From Candidatus Bathyarchaeia archaeon (GTDB taxonomy: Archaea; Thermoproteota; Bathyarchaeia; 40CM-2-53-6), in NCBI GenBank assembly GCA_035935655.1, contig DASYWW010000062.1, positions 203,859 to 267,858 of the forward strand: a stretch of DNA of 64,000 bases. The letters run 5' to 3'. Both the position numbers and the translations under genes were made by a program. The notes below the pieces were generated by a model, which saw only the letters and a list, made by a program, of their open reading frames with translations, was not told the DNA's origin and searched no databases. This document shows positions 20,201 to 29,388 of this stretch, one piece after another (positions within the stretch are counted from its first letter, which is position 1; every line of letters begins with the position of its first letter).

Positions 20201-20602
20201 ATGGGCGATAAACCAACAGCAGCAATGGTCCTATCTCTCATCGGTGGAATATTCGTAATCCTCGGAGGCGCGTTCATCGCCTTCGTCGGCTCCCTAGTCT
20301 CATCCTTCGGCTACCTAGCCAACGGCGGCTCAAGCGGAGGCGCTGCCGTCACCGCCTTCGGAGTCGTCGGAATCATTATGGGGCTCATTATGATCGTCGG
20401 CTCATTCATGCTCTACTCTAAGCCAACCAACGCCAAGATGTGGGGAATCATCATCCTCATCCTCTCGATCCTAAGCTGGGTCACAGCCGTCGGGGGGCTC
20501 GTCATAGGATTCATCCTTGGTCTAATCGGAGGCATATTGGCAATCATGTACAAGCCGTCTACTGCTTCGGCAACACCTCCTCCCGCCCCAATGGGCTCTT
20601 AG
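20201..20602 (+). CDS. Small 4-TM membrane protein, paralog A (133 aa)
   Basis: About 75% identical over about 120 aa to the ORF at 20747. Four hydrophobic helices, Gly-rich. Confidence 0.6.
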   Translation: MGDKPTAAMVLSLIGGIFVILGGAFIAFVGSLVSSFGYLANGGSSGGAAVTAFGVVGIIMGLIMIVGSFMLYSKPTNAKMWGIIILILSILSWVTAVGGLVIGFILGLIGGILAIMYKPSTASATPPPAPMGS

Positions 20603-20707
20603 ATTTTTCAATCCAAGAAACCGTGGAATCTAGCTAGATCGGTTCAAAACCGGAAAAGCCCCGCAAATCTCGCGGGAATCGCTCAAACTCGGCAGGAACG
20701 GAATATG

Positions 20708-20716
20708 TTAAATATA
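20708..20716 (+). promoter_or_regulatory. TATA-box-like element (TTAAATATA) about 31-39 bp upstream of the ATG of gene 20747..21253
   Basis: Positional and sequence counterpart of the 20164 element within the duplicated leader. Confidence 0.4.
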
Positions 20717-20746
20717 CTGTGAACTCGTGGTCGAGCTTGACGAGAA

Positions 20747-21253
20747 ATGAGCGATAAACCGACAGCCGCGATGGTACTTTCACTCATCGGAGGAATATTC
20801 GTAATCATAGGTGGAGCCTTCATTGCATTCGTGGGCTCGCTAATTGGCTCGCTCAACATCGCAGGAGCATCATCGGCTAGCAATACAGCACTCGCCTTGG
20901 GAGTAGTCGGCATAATCATGGGACTCATCATGATCGTGGGAGCATTCATGATGTACTCCAAACCAACCAGCACCAAGATGTGGGGCGTTATCGTCTTGAT
21001 ACTCTCAATAGTCAGCTGGGTTACAGCAGTCGGAGGACTTTTCATCGGCTTCCTTCTCGGATTAATCGGCGGCATACTCGCCCTAACATTCAAGCCGACA
21101 ATGGCTCCAGGCGCCATGCCACCGCCAATGATGAGTTCGTCAATGCCGATGGGCTCGGCACCAATGGGATCGATGGGAATGACCTGCAAGAACTGCGGTG
21201 CAAGCATTCCTGCTGGAGCAACGCGTTGCCCGAGCTGCGGCGCGAATCTATAA
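20747..21253 (+). CDS. Small 4-TM membrane protein, paralog B, with Met/Pro-rich linker and C-terminal zinc ribbon (168 aa)
   Basis: N-terminal 120 aa are paralogous to 20201..20602. C-terminus is TCKNCGASIPAGATRCPSCGANL (CxxC-x10-CxxC). Confidence 0.6.
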   Translation: MSDKPTAAMVLSLIGGIFVIIGGAFIAFVGSLIGSLNIAGASSASNTALALGVVGIIMGLIMIVGAFMMYSKPTSTKMWGVIVLILSIVSWVTAVGGLFIGFLLGLIGGILALTFKPTMAPGAMPPPMMSSSMPMGSAPMGSMGMTCKNCGASIPAGATRCPSCGANL

Positions 21254-21391
21254 TGGAAACCAACCTTTCGTTTCCAGCATTCGAAACAAAACGCACGATT
21301 TTCTAGTGCCAACGTCTCTAATTTCACTAGCCGTGCTGGAGAATAGTAACAGTGGGCTTAACACCTCGACGGTAAAGACATCTTTTCTGTC

Positions 21392-22027
21392 ATGATGCAG
21401 AAGCCTCCGCGGCCAATCGGCATTACGCTTCTCGCTATTATTGAGATCCTAATCGGCGTTCTCGGACTTTTAGCCAGCATCGCCATAATCGGCGTGTCTG
21501 CCCTGTTTGCAACCATCCCCACAATCGGAGCTATCCTCGGCACTGTCGGGCTTGTCATAGGTGGAATATTCCTAGTCTTCAGCTTGATCTGGCTGGCAAC
21601 CGGCGTGGGGTTTCTCCACGGACGAGGCTGGGCGTGGAACCTCGGAATGTTCTTCACAGTTATCTCCATCCTTGGCGCCGCGTATGTGGCCTACATCGGA
21701 ATCTACCAAGCCGCCTACGCGCTAGTCTTCTGGATCATCATGATGATCTACCTCACAAGATCACATGTGAAAGTCTTCTTTGGCAAAGGAACCACAACAA
21801 CCTACATGCCTGCAATGAACATGCAACAGACAATGAGAAACGCCCCAACCCTCCAATCACAAACTCAGTACGCTCCGACCGCGCCGCCAGCACTGCAGTA
21901 CACATCTGCCGCTTCGATACCATCATCAACGCCACCCGTAGCTATCGCAACCGGAAAGTGTCGGTCCTGCGGCATGCCCCTGACCGCAGGCAACTCGTTC
22001 TGCACTAACTGCGGCGCCAAACAGTAG
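21392..22027 (+). CDS. 4-TM membrane protein with C-terminal zinc ribbon (211 aa)
   Basis: Hydropathy; C-terminus KCRSCGMPLTAGNSFCTNCGAKQ. Confidence 0.55.
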   Translation: MMQKPPRPIGITLLAIIEILIGVLGLLASIAIIGVSALFATIPTIGAILGTVGLVIGGIFLVFSLIWLATGVGFLHGRGWAWNLGMFFTVISILGAAYVAYIGIYQAAYALVFWIIMMIYLTRSHVKVFFGKGTTTTYMPAMNMQQTMRNAPTLQSQTQYAPTAPPALQYTSAASIPSSTPPVAIATGKCRSCGMPLTAGNSFCTNCGAKQ

Positions 22028-22604
22028 CTCTCTTCATTTTCAAAATCCCAGGCTGAGCTATCCCTAGAGCTGACGCAGTCGGCGAATGAACAATCTCGCC
22101 ACTCCACAACCGCTTGTAAGCATCCCGCAACCCGAGAGTCTTGACTTCCATGCCAACCTCGTAGGGTTCCCGATGCAAGACGCCCTTCTTCAGATGACGA
22201 GCAAGATAGACGTAGGCTCTCTGAGAAGATATTCCTGGAGAGGGGTGGAACCATCCGAGCTTCTTCCACGAACTCGCGGAATATCCTGTCTCTTCCTCTA
22301 ACTCGCGCCTAGCGCATTCCTCAGGATTTTCACCATTCTCGATGTGGCCTGCTGGCAGCTCTAGCTCCCAGCCCTGAATTGCATGCCGATAGTTCCAGAT
22401 CATCACAAGCTTATGCCTGCCAAGCACCGGGATGATGATTGAGAAATCGTCGACGAATAGTCGAGGATGCACCATCTCGAACCCGGTCTTCGAGACGATT
22501 CGGTCACGGTGAAGCTTCAAGTCGCCCAGCGATGCGATCTTTCTGCTCCCTACCGTCTTCCAGGGTTTCGGTGTTCTCCGAAATTTCAGGTTCTCTCCAG
22601 ACAA
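22005..22604 (-). CDS. NUDIX hydrolase
   Basis: Nudix box GHIENGENPEECARRELEEETGY. Confidence 0.8.
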   Translation of the reverse strand: MSGENLKFRRTPKPWKTVGSRKIASLGDLKLHRDRIVSKTGFEMVHPRLFVDDFSIIIPVLGRHKLVMIWNYRHAIQGWELELPAGHIENGENPEECARRELEEETGYSASSWKKLGWFHPSPGISSQRAYVYLARHLKKGVLHREPYEVGMEVKTLGLRDAYKRLWSGEIVHSPTASALGIAQPGILKMKRATVWRRS

Positions 22605-22614
22605 GACTGAATCA

Positions 22615-23253
22615 TCACGCGAGAGTCTTGCGCATTAGCAAATGTTTGTCGCCCAGCTTGGCTTGGGCTTTGAAGCCTTCCCGTTCAAACATGGCAACCG
22701 TTCCAAACCAGAGAGCCCAAGATCCTCCTTCCTTGGAAGTCGACGGGTAGGCCTCCACTATTCCTCCGCCCTGCTTACGGATCGAATCGAGCGCCGCCCT
22801 CAGTGCAACTCCTGCTACGCCCTTTTTCCGGAAATCCCTGTCTACGAAGAAGCAGGTCAGGCGCCAGAGTTTTGGGTCTTGATTACCCGATAGATCTAGT
22901 TTGCTGTAGTTGCGGCCTGAGTCTATTCGGGGTAATTCCTCCTTTGGACCATACTGGCACCATCCAACAGCTTGATCGCCTGCATAGGCGAGGATTCCGT
23001 GAGATCGGCCTTTAGCGACGAGAGTCTTCTTTTCCTTTCGATTCAGCTCCATTGCGTCCTGCCGCCCCAAGCCTTCCTTGAGCAAACGCCCCTCGACATG
23101 GTGGTAGAAGGTACACCAACAACCGCCCTGAACCCCGTTGTGTTTTGCGAAGAACCGTTCGAAATCAGGCCAAGTGGTCGAGCTTAGCTCCCTGACTTCG
23201 TATCTGGTCCGAGCTGGCACAGGTGTTGCGGTCTTCGTTGCTCGACGTTTCAT
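22615..23253 (-). CDS. GNAT family N-acetyltransferase
   Basis: Motif A-like RKKGVAGVALRAAL followed by a conserved Tyr-Pro region. Confidence 0.65.
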   Translation of the reverse strand: MKRRATKTATPVPARTRYEVRELSSTTWPDFERFFAKHNGVQGGCWCTFYHHVEGRLLKEGLGRQDAMELNRKEKKTLVAKGRSHGILAYAGDQAVGWCQYGPKEELPRIDSGRNYSKLDLSGNQDPKLWRLTCFFVDRDFRKKGVAGVALRAALDSIRKQGGGIVEAYPSTSKEGGSWALWFGTVAMFEREGFKAQAKLGDKHLLMRKTLA

Positions 23254-23255
23254 TG

Positions 23256-25034
23256 TCAGAGAATTGGCGGTTCTTTGTAGTCGCCAAAAATGTTCCTTCC
23301 CACGTCCATTATCTCTCCTAGCGTAGCATAAGCTCTGACAGCCTTGACCATCGGATACATACAGTTAGCCTTCTCATCCTTGAACGTCTTCCGTAGCTCA
23401 TCCAACGCTTGCTCAACCTTGTTGTTGTCCCGCGTTTCCCGGACCATGTGTATCCTTGCTACTTGGCGCCGTTGCGCCTCTTCATTGATCTTCAAAGTGT
23501 CGATCGGCTTCTTCTCTTCGATCTGGAACTTGTTCACGCCAACAACGACCCTGTCTCCTCTCTCAAGCTCCTGCTGGTAGCGATAGGAGTTCTCAGCGAT
23601 CTCTCGTTGAATGAAGCCGGTCTTTATCGCGTCAATCAATCCTCCTGCTCGCTCTATCTTGTCAAAATACTGGAAGGCAAGTTCCTCCATTTCATCAGTC
23701 AACCATTCCAGATAATACGACCCAGCCAACGGATCGATTGTATCAGCGACACCGGTCTCTTCTGCGATGATCTGCTGGGTCCTCAAGGCAACCGTCGCCG
23801 CCGCCTCCGACGGCAACGCCCACGCTTCATCGTAAGAGTTCGTGTGAAGGGACTGCGTCCCACCGAGCACAGTCGCCAGTGCTTCGATGGTTGTTCGAAC
23901 AATATTATTGAGAGGCTGCTGCCAGGTTAGTGACGCGCCAGAGTTCTGCGCGTGCGTCCTCAACAATAGTGATCTAGGATCATTGACCTTGTATTTGTCC
24001 TTCAACACGCGTGCCCAGATTCGGCGGGCAGCGCGAAACTTTGCGACCTCTTCGAAAAAGTCCATCCCACAGTTGAAGAAGAAGGAAAGGCGGGGCGCGA
24101 AATCCTCGACTTTGAGCCCGGCCTCTATTCCGAGGTCAACATATGCAAAGCCGTCGGCGAGCGTGAAAGCAAGTTCCTGGACTGCGCTGGACCCAGCTTC
24201 CCGAATGTGATAACCGCTAATACTGATGTAGTTCCACTGCGGCATCTCCTTTGTACAATATACCATCATATCTCGAATGATTCGTAGATGCGCTTCAGGT
24301 GGGAAGGCCCATTCTTTCTGAGCGATGTATTCCTTCAGGATATCCGCCTGAACTGTGCCTCGAAGTTCTTTTGGCTTGAGACCTTGTCTCTCAGCAACAC
24401 CAACATACATCGCGGTCAAAACCGAAGCTGGGGCATTGATCGTCATACTAGTGCTAACTTTCTCCAGCGGTATCCCTTCGAGAATGATCTCCATGTCCTT
24501 CAGCGAGCCAACCGACACACCGCAGCGTCCGACCTCTCCCTCGGCCCTGGGGCTATCCGGATCATACCCGTAAAGGGTCGGCATGTCGAATGCTATGCTC
24601 AGACCAGTCTCTCCGTGCTCTAGCAGGTAGTGTAGCCGCTTGTTCGTGTCTTCAGGGGTTCCGAAGCCGGAGAACATGCGCATCGTCCACGGTCTTCCCC
24701 TGTACATGGTTGGGTATACGCCACGGACATAGGGATACTCGCCTGGAAGCCCGACTTCCTTGGACTGGTCAAAGTGCGAAATATCCTCGGGAGTGTAGAC
24801 TCTTTTCACCGGAACATTTGACAAGTTTCGAAATTCCTGTTTCTGCTCAGGGCTGTCGCGGGTCCATGGTTTGAGCGTCTTGTTCTCCCATCGGACTCTC
24901 TCTTGCTTGATCTTTGCAAGTTGCTTCTTATCGAAGGTAGTCGGTGGAGCTTTCCGTTCCTGCTTGACCTCGTCTAGAACTTTCTTCCAGTAACTCTTTG
25001 CCAAAACACTATCACGAAACAATGGAAGATGCAT
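23256..25034 (-). CDS. Coenzyme-B12-dependent acyl-CoA mutase catalytic (large) subunit paralog with an isobutyryl-CoA-mutase-like substrate signature; no fused B12-binding domain
   Basis: Mutase catalytic-domain homology throughout (WTMRMFSGFG, HGETGLSIAFDMPT, GTVQADILKEYIAQ). The likely start is the ATG at 25034; the ORF-track start at 25124 is a GTG extension that abuts meaB. Confidence 0.8.
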   Translation of the reverse strand: MHLPLFRDSVLAKSYWKKVLDEVKQERKAPPTTFDKKQLAKIKQERVRWENKTLKPWTRDSPEQKQEFRNLSNVPVKRVYTPEDISHFDQSKEVGLPGEYPYVRGVYPTMYRGRPWTMRMFSGFGTPEDTNKRLHYLLEHGETGLSIAFDMPTLYGYDPDSPRAEGEVGRCGVSVGSLKDMEIILEGIPLEKVSTSMTINAPASVLTAMYVGVAERQGLKPKELRGTVQADILKEYIAQKEWAFPPEAHLRIIRDMMVYCTKEMPQWNYISISGYHIREAGSSAVQELAFTLADGFAYVDLGIEAGLKVEDFAPRLSFFFNCGMDFFEEVAKFRAARRIWARVLKDKYKVNDPRSLLLRTHAQNSGASLTWQQPLNNIVRTTIEALATVLGGTQSLHTNSYDEAWALPSEAAATVALRTQQIIAEETGVADTIDPLAGSYYLEWLTDEMEELAFQYFDKIERAGGLIDAIKTGFIQREIAENSYRYQQELERGDRVVVGVNKFQIEEKKPIDTLKINEEAQRRQVARIHMVRETRDNNKVEQALDELRKTFKDEKANCMYPMVKAVRAYATLGEIMDVGRNIFGDYKEPPIL

Positions 25035-25124
25035 GGAGGTTCCTATTTTTCCATTATCCTGACGCTGTTCATCGCCGAATCTTGAAATACGCTCTAGAGG
25101 CGAGAACGGAACCGAGAATCTCAC

Positions 25125-26075
25125 TTGGCACGAGAGCTATCCTCTCAAATCCTCAAAGGAGACCATAGAGCCGTTGCCAAGGCCATCTCAATTGTCGAGG
25201 CGGGTGGAGACCCGAGTCGTAAGCTCATTCAAGAATTGTACCCACACACAGGCAAAGCGTTCACCATTGGTGTTACCGGTCCGACCGGGACTGGCAAGAG
25301 CACTCTCGTAGACAAGATAATCGAAGAGTATCGCAAAAAAGAAAGTAGCGTTGGAGTTCTAGCAATCGACCCGTCCAGTGCATTCACTGGTGGCGCGTTG
25401 CTCGGAGACCGCGTACGCATGATGGATCACAGCCTAGAGAAGAAAGTCTACATTCGTAGCATGGCGTCACGAGGTGATTTGGGCGGTCTCGCTCGAGCCG
25501 CGAGAAACACGATCCGAGTGTTGGACGCAGCCGGGATGGATATTGTCATCGTGGAGACCGTTGGAGCGGGTCAAACCGAGGTACAGATCGCATCTGCAGT
25601 CGACGCCACGATTGTCGTACTGATGCCTCAACTAGGGGATGAGATCCAGGCGTTCAAAGCCGGCTTCGCCGAAATTGGTGACTTGTTCGTCATCAACAAG
25701 TCAGACTTAGTCAATCCAGCTAAGACAATCTACAACATCGCAAGCGGTCTACAAGAGAGAGACGGATGGAGGCCGCCGGTTCTAAAGACTGTGGCAGTCA
25801 AGGGAACAGGTGTCCCAGCGGTTGTTGATGCTATCGAAAAATTCCGACAGTATCTGGAGACTGGAAGCCTCGGAGAGAAACGGTTGAGCAAGAGAATCCA
25901 GTCCGAACTGATAGATGCCGCCTTTTCAGATTTCTATCATCAAACTGTCAAGCGTCTCGGAGATCAGAGAGAACTCGACTCTCTTGTCTCAAGAGTTGTG
26001 AAACGTGAACTGGATCCAGAGACCGCCGCGTCCAAGCTTGTCCAAATCATCTCCAAGATAGGAGAAAGGACTTGA
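25125..26075 (+). CDS. meaB: MeaB/ArgK-type G-protein chaperone of methylmalonyl-CoA mutase
   Basis: P-loop GVTGPTGTGKSTL, the characteristic MeaB N-terminal helix (HRAVAKAISIVEAGGD), and a Walker B/G motif (DIVIVETVGAGQ). Its end overlaps the mcm start (ATGA). Confidence 0.9.
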   Translation: MARELSSQILKGDHRAVAKAISIVEAGGDPSRKLIQELYPHTGKAFTIGVTGPTGTGKSTLVDKIIEEYRKKESSVGVLAIDPSSAFTGGALLGDRVRMMDHSLEKKVYIRSMASRGDLGGLARAARNTIRVLDAAGMDIVIVETVGAGQTEVQIASAVDATIVVLMPQLGDEIQAFKAGFAEIGDLFVINKSDLVNPAKTIYNIASGLQERDGWRPPVLKTVAVKGTGVPAVVDAIEKFRQYLETGSLGEKRLSKRIQSELIDAAFSDFYHQTVKRLGDQRELDSLVSRVVKRELDPETAASKLVQIISKIGERT

Positions 26076-27652
26076 CCGACCCCGTAACGACGGACTCTGG
26101 AATCCCTGTCAAGAAAGTCTACGAGAACAAGGATGTTCCACCGAGCTGGACAAGGTCGTCGGGGAAACCGGGCCAATACCCATACACGCGTGGCATCTAT
26201 GATGGAATGTATCGGGATCGGCTGTGGACCATGCGTCAATACACGGGTTTCGGGTCTGCGAAAGAAACCAATCGCCGGTTCAAGTACTTGATTTCTCATG
26301 GCGAGACCGGGCTAAGCACAGCATTCGATCTACCAACGCAACTTGGTCTCGACTCAGATCATCCGAGAGCCGCTGGAGAAGTTGGAAGAGTTGGAGTCGC
26401 AATCAGCAGCATCAATGACATGAGGCGTCTCTTCGAGGGCATCGACCTTGGAAAGGTCAGTACGAGCATGACAATCAACGCGACTGCACCGATTCTGCTT
26501 TCTCTATATGTTGCAGCTGGAATGGAAAGGGGCTTCCCTCAACGCATGTTGAGGGGGACGACACAGAATGATGTTCTGAAGGAGTATATCGCGAGGAACA
26601 CGTACATCTATCCTCCTGAAGCATCGCTGAAACTCTCAGTTGATCTCATAGAATACTGCGCCCACAAAATGCCTCGCTGGCATCCTATCAGTATCAGCGG
26701 TTATCACATTCGGGAGTCTGGCGCAAACGCGGTTCAGGAGCTAGGATTCTGTCTTGCGAACGCAATAGAATACGTGAAAGCCGCTCTTGACAGAGGGCTC
26801 AAGGTCGATCAGTTCGCTCCCCAACTCTCTTTTTTCTTCGCCTGCAGGAACGATTTCCTCGAGGAGATCGCGAAATTCAGAGCCGCACGCAGAATCTGGG
26901 CCCGCATAATGAAGAACCGCTTCAAAGCCCGAAATCCCGAATCATGCAAATTGCGGTTCCACACTCAGACCAGCGGTGAGACCCTGACCGCACAGCAACC
27001 TGACAACAACATCGCGCGGGTCGCAATCCAGGCCCTTGCAGGCGTCCTTGGTGGAACACAGTCTCTCCATACAAATTCAAGAGACGAAGCACTTTCTCTA
27101 CCCACCGAGGAATCTGTGCAAATCGCGCTACGAACCCAGCAGATCATTGCTCACGAATCAGGAGTGACAAAGACAGCTGATCCGTTAGCCGGAAGCTACT
27201 ATCTGGAATCCTTGACAAGAAATCTTGAGGCCAACGCGGTTCGTCTCTTAGAGAAAATCGAAGAACTGGGCGGCGCTAGAAAAGCCATAGAGTCTGGATT
27301 TGTGCATCGGGAGATACAGGACAGCGCTTACCGCTTCCAGAAATCGGTTGACGAAGGCCGAACGATCATTGTTGGAGTCAACAAGTTTACGGAGGGAAGC
27401 AGCGAACCGAAGATCCAGCGCATCGATCCCAAAGTGGAGAGGGCTCAGGTCAGTCAGCTGAAGAAGATGAAGGCATCGAGAAACACAAAGCAGGTTAAGA
27501 ATGCTCTTGGGCGTCTCTCCCGGTCCGCGATACATCAACAAAACCTTGTCGATGATGTCTTGGGTGCTGTCCGATCCAACTGTACTGTAGGCGAAATCAG
27601 TGATGTTCTAAGGGAAGCCTTTGGAGAATACCGCGTAAGAATCGACATGTGA
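26072..27652 (+). CDS. mcmA: Methylmalonyl-CoA mutase, catalytic (N-terminal/large) subunit
   Basis: Catalytic-domain motifs with the MCM-type specificity residues: Tyr in WTMRQYTGFG and Arg in KEYIARNTYIYPP. No B12-binding (DxHxxG) domain on this polypeptide. Confidence 0.9.
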   Translation: MTDPVTTDSGIPVKKVYENKDVPPSWTRSSGKPGQYPYTRGIYDGMYRDRLWTMRQYTGFGSAKETNRRFKYLISHGETGLSTAFDLPTQLGLDSDHPRAAGEVGRVGVAISSINDMRRLFEGIDLGKVSTSMTINATAPILLSLYVAAGMERGFPQRMLRGTTQNDVLKEYIARNTYIYPPEASLKLSVDLIEYCAHKMPRWHPISISGYHIRESGANAVQELGFCLANAIEYVKAALDRGLKVDQFAPQLSFFFACRNDFLEEIAKFRAARRIWARIMKNRFKARNPESCKLRFHTQTSGETLTAQQPDNNIARVAIQALAGVLGGTQSLHTNSRDEALSLPTEESVQIALRTQQIIAHESGVTKTADPLAGSYYLESLTRNLEANAVRLLEKIEELGGARKAIESGFVHREIQDSAYRFQKSVDEGRTIIVGVNKFTEGSSEPKIQRIDPKVERAQVSQLKKMKASRNTKQVKNALGRLSRSAIHQQNLVDDVLGAVRSNCTVGEISDVLREAFGEYRVRIDM

Positions 27653-27936
27653 CAGGGGACCCGTTAGAAATCAGAGTCTGAATCGCCCATTATCAGCCCT
27701 GTTCTCGTTTCCGGGAAGCCTCGGTGGATTGTCGGGAAATTCGTTCGGGTTTGTCGCGATCTTTCCAGTGTCGTCTTAGCCTGGATTGTGCCCGGAATCG
27801 CTTGTCTCGCGTATTATCACTGCCAGACAGGAAATGGTTTCTGGAAAATAGGGGGTCTAGCGACCGACCCTCGCGCCGCACAAGTGAGAAAAACAGAGTA
27901 GGTCGAGTGTATTCCGGGATCTAATCCGTTGCTTTG

Positions 27937-28206
27937 TCAGTCCTGGTTGGCTTCTATTCTAAGCTGGTGAAGTTCCCCGTCCGTCTTCATTACCGTAATG
28001 ATGACGAGTTTCCTTTCAATATCGACTTTAAGAATTCGACCACAACGTAGAATGTGTTTTGCTTCTCTGGGAACTCCCGAGCCTTGCTTTGCCTTCGGTT
28101 TCGGATGTTTTTCCAATATTTTCTTGATCCCGTCGTAGAGGCTGATCACAGCCTCATTGTCAGTGTCCAGTTCTCTCGGCTCTTCCCAGGTCGCCAAATC
28201 CAACAT
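27937..28206 (-). CDS. Hypothetical small protein (89 aa)
   Basis: ORF only; lies downstream of and on the same strand as the tandem-GNAT gene. Confidence 0.3.
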   Translation of the reverse strand: MLDLATWEEPRELDTDNEAVISLYDGIKKILEKHPKPKAKQGSGVPREAKHILRCGRILKVDIERKLVIITVMKTDGELHQLRIEANQD

Positions 28207-28353
28207 TCTGCCTTAGTATTCCATACAACGCTGACAGTGTTAGCCAATTTGCCGGTCGTTACCAGAGCCCCCGCCTCAAAGTGACTCATTTCGTCAGAAC
28301 GTTCGGCCTGCCAGTGGCGACGCGAGGATTTGAGAAGAAACGCTGCACCGATC

Positions 28354-29343
28354 TTATCGGGTGAGGTCTTTTTCGAGCGTTATCCAGCCGACCTGACGCT
28401 TGAACCCCAGCTTCATGTTGACCGCCAGCATAGAGGCATTTTCGGACGCGTTCCATGTCTTCACCTTCACATACCCGTTCCGCCTTGCGTAGTCGATCAT
28501 TTTCAGTTTCAACGCGACCGCTATCCCCCTGCCACGATATTCACGCCTAACACCCGTGTTACCCTGGGCAAGAGCCCTAGGCTCCTTCTCGATGCGCCAG
28601 ACAGTGCTGAGTCCAACATACTTGGAACCATCCTTCGCAATCATGTAGCCCTCAGGCAGGATATTCGGATTCTTCAGCTCGAACGCCTCCCACTGTTCAT
28701 ACGAGGTCGGCGTGAAGGGTGCTGGACTTGGCATGTCCGCGGAGATCAACTGCACGAGCTCGTGGAGCTTTCTCAGCGAATGTGGATCTTCGCGCTTCTC
28801 CTCAGCGAGACTTGTAAGCATAACCCCCTGCTTTTGCACTCTCTCGGAGTACCCTCGGAATATTTCCATGTCCACTCCTGGAACGTCAAGTCGCGATTCC
28901 CAAGCTATCTGCTTCTGCTCGAAACCACGCCGTTGATAGAACCCTGTGAGTCTGGGGAGATCCTCCCTGCTTCCAGCCCAAGCAATAATCGCATTCACCT
29001 TCCCAAGCTCTCTGCTCAGTCTCTCATAGACTGCGCCTCCGATCCCTCGGCCCTGAGACTCAGGGTCGACAAGTATATCGATCCAGAATTTGCGCGGATG
29101 GAACATGTCAGTAACATGCGCCACGGTCCCGAATCCCACAAGGACCTTATTGTCGAGAAACGCGTATCTTTGCAGATGATACTTTGACCGATCTACACTT
29201 TCGTCTCTAGCTCGCCATTCGTTAGAGCTGCGAGAATAGTCCGGATAGTTCGCGTTGTAAATCTCCGATAGCCGAGGATAGTCAGTGGGATCGAACTCCC
29301 TCGTCTCAAGCGAGAGAGTCCTCTGTCCGGACACGTCATCCAA
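28354..29343 (-). CDS. Tandem-domain GNAT N-acetyltransferase (two GNAT folds, 329 aa)
   Basis: Two motif-A regions: QGRGIGGAVYERL and RGRGIAVALKLKMIDYARRNG. Confidence 0.7.
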   Translation of the reverse strand: MDDVSGQRTLSLETREFDPTDYPRLSEIYNANYPDYSRSSNEWRARDESVDRSKYHLQRYAFLDNKVLVGFGTVAHVTDMFHPRKFWIDILVDPESQGRGIGGAVYERLSRELGKVNAIIAWAGSREDLPRLTGFYQRRGFEQKQIAWESRLDVPGVDMEIFRGYSERVQKQGVMLTSLAEEKREDPHSLRKLHELVQLISADMPSPAPFTPTSYEQWEAFELKNPNILPEGYMIAKDGSKYVGLSTVWRIEKEPRALAQGNTGVRREYRGRGIAVALKLKMIDYARRNGYVKVKTWNASENASMLAVNMKLGFKRQVGWITLEKDLTR

Positions 29344-29388
29344 TTAACTGGCCGGCGTTATGTTAAGGTTCCTTGCGCAGAAATCCTT

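Noticed and set aside
20683-21327. 214-aa ORF on the minus strand
   Set aside because: It is antisense to membrane-protein paralog B (20747..21253), whose reading frame is supported by paralogy with 20201..20602.
25035-25124. Apparent zero-gap divergent arrangement of the mutase paralog and meaB
   Set aside because: The ORF-track starts are GTG/TTG extensions. The mutase most likely starts at the ATG at 25034, which leaves a normal divergent promoter region of about 90 bp.
28330-29187. 285-aa ORF on the plus strand
   Set aside because: It is antisense to the tandem GNAT gene (28354..29343), which has clear motifs.
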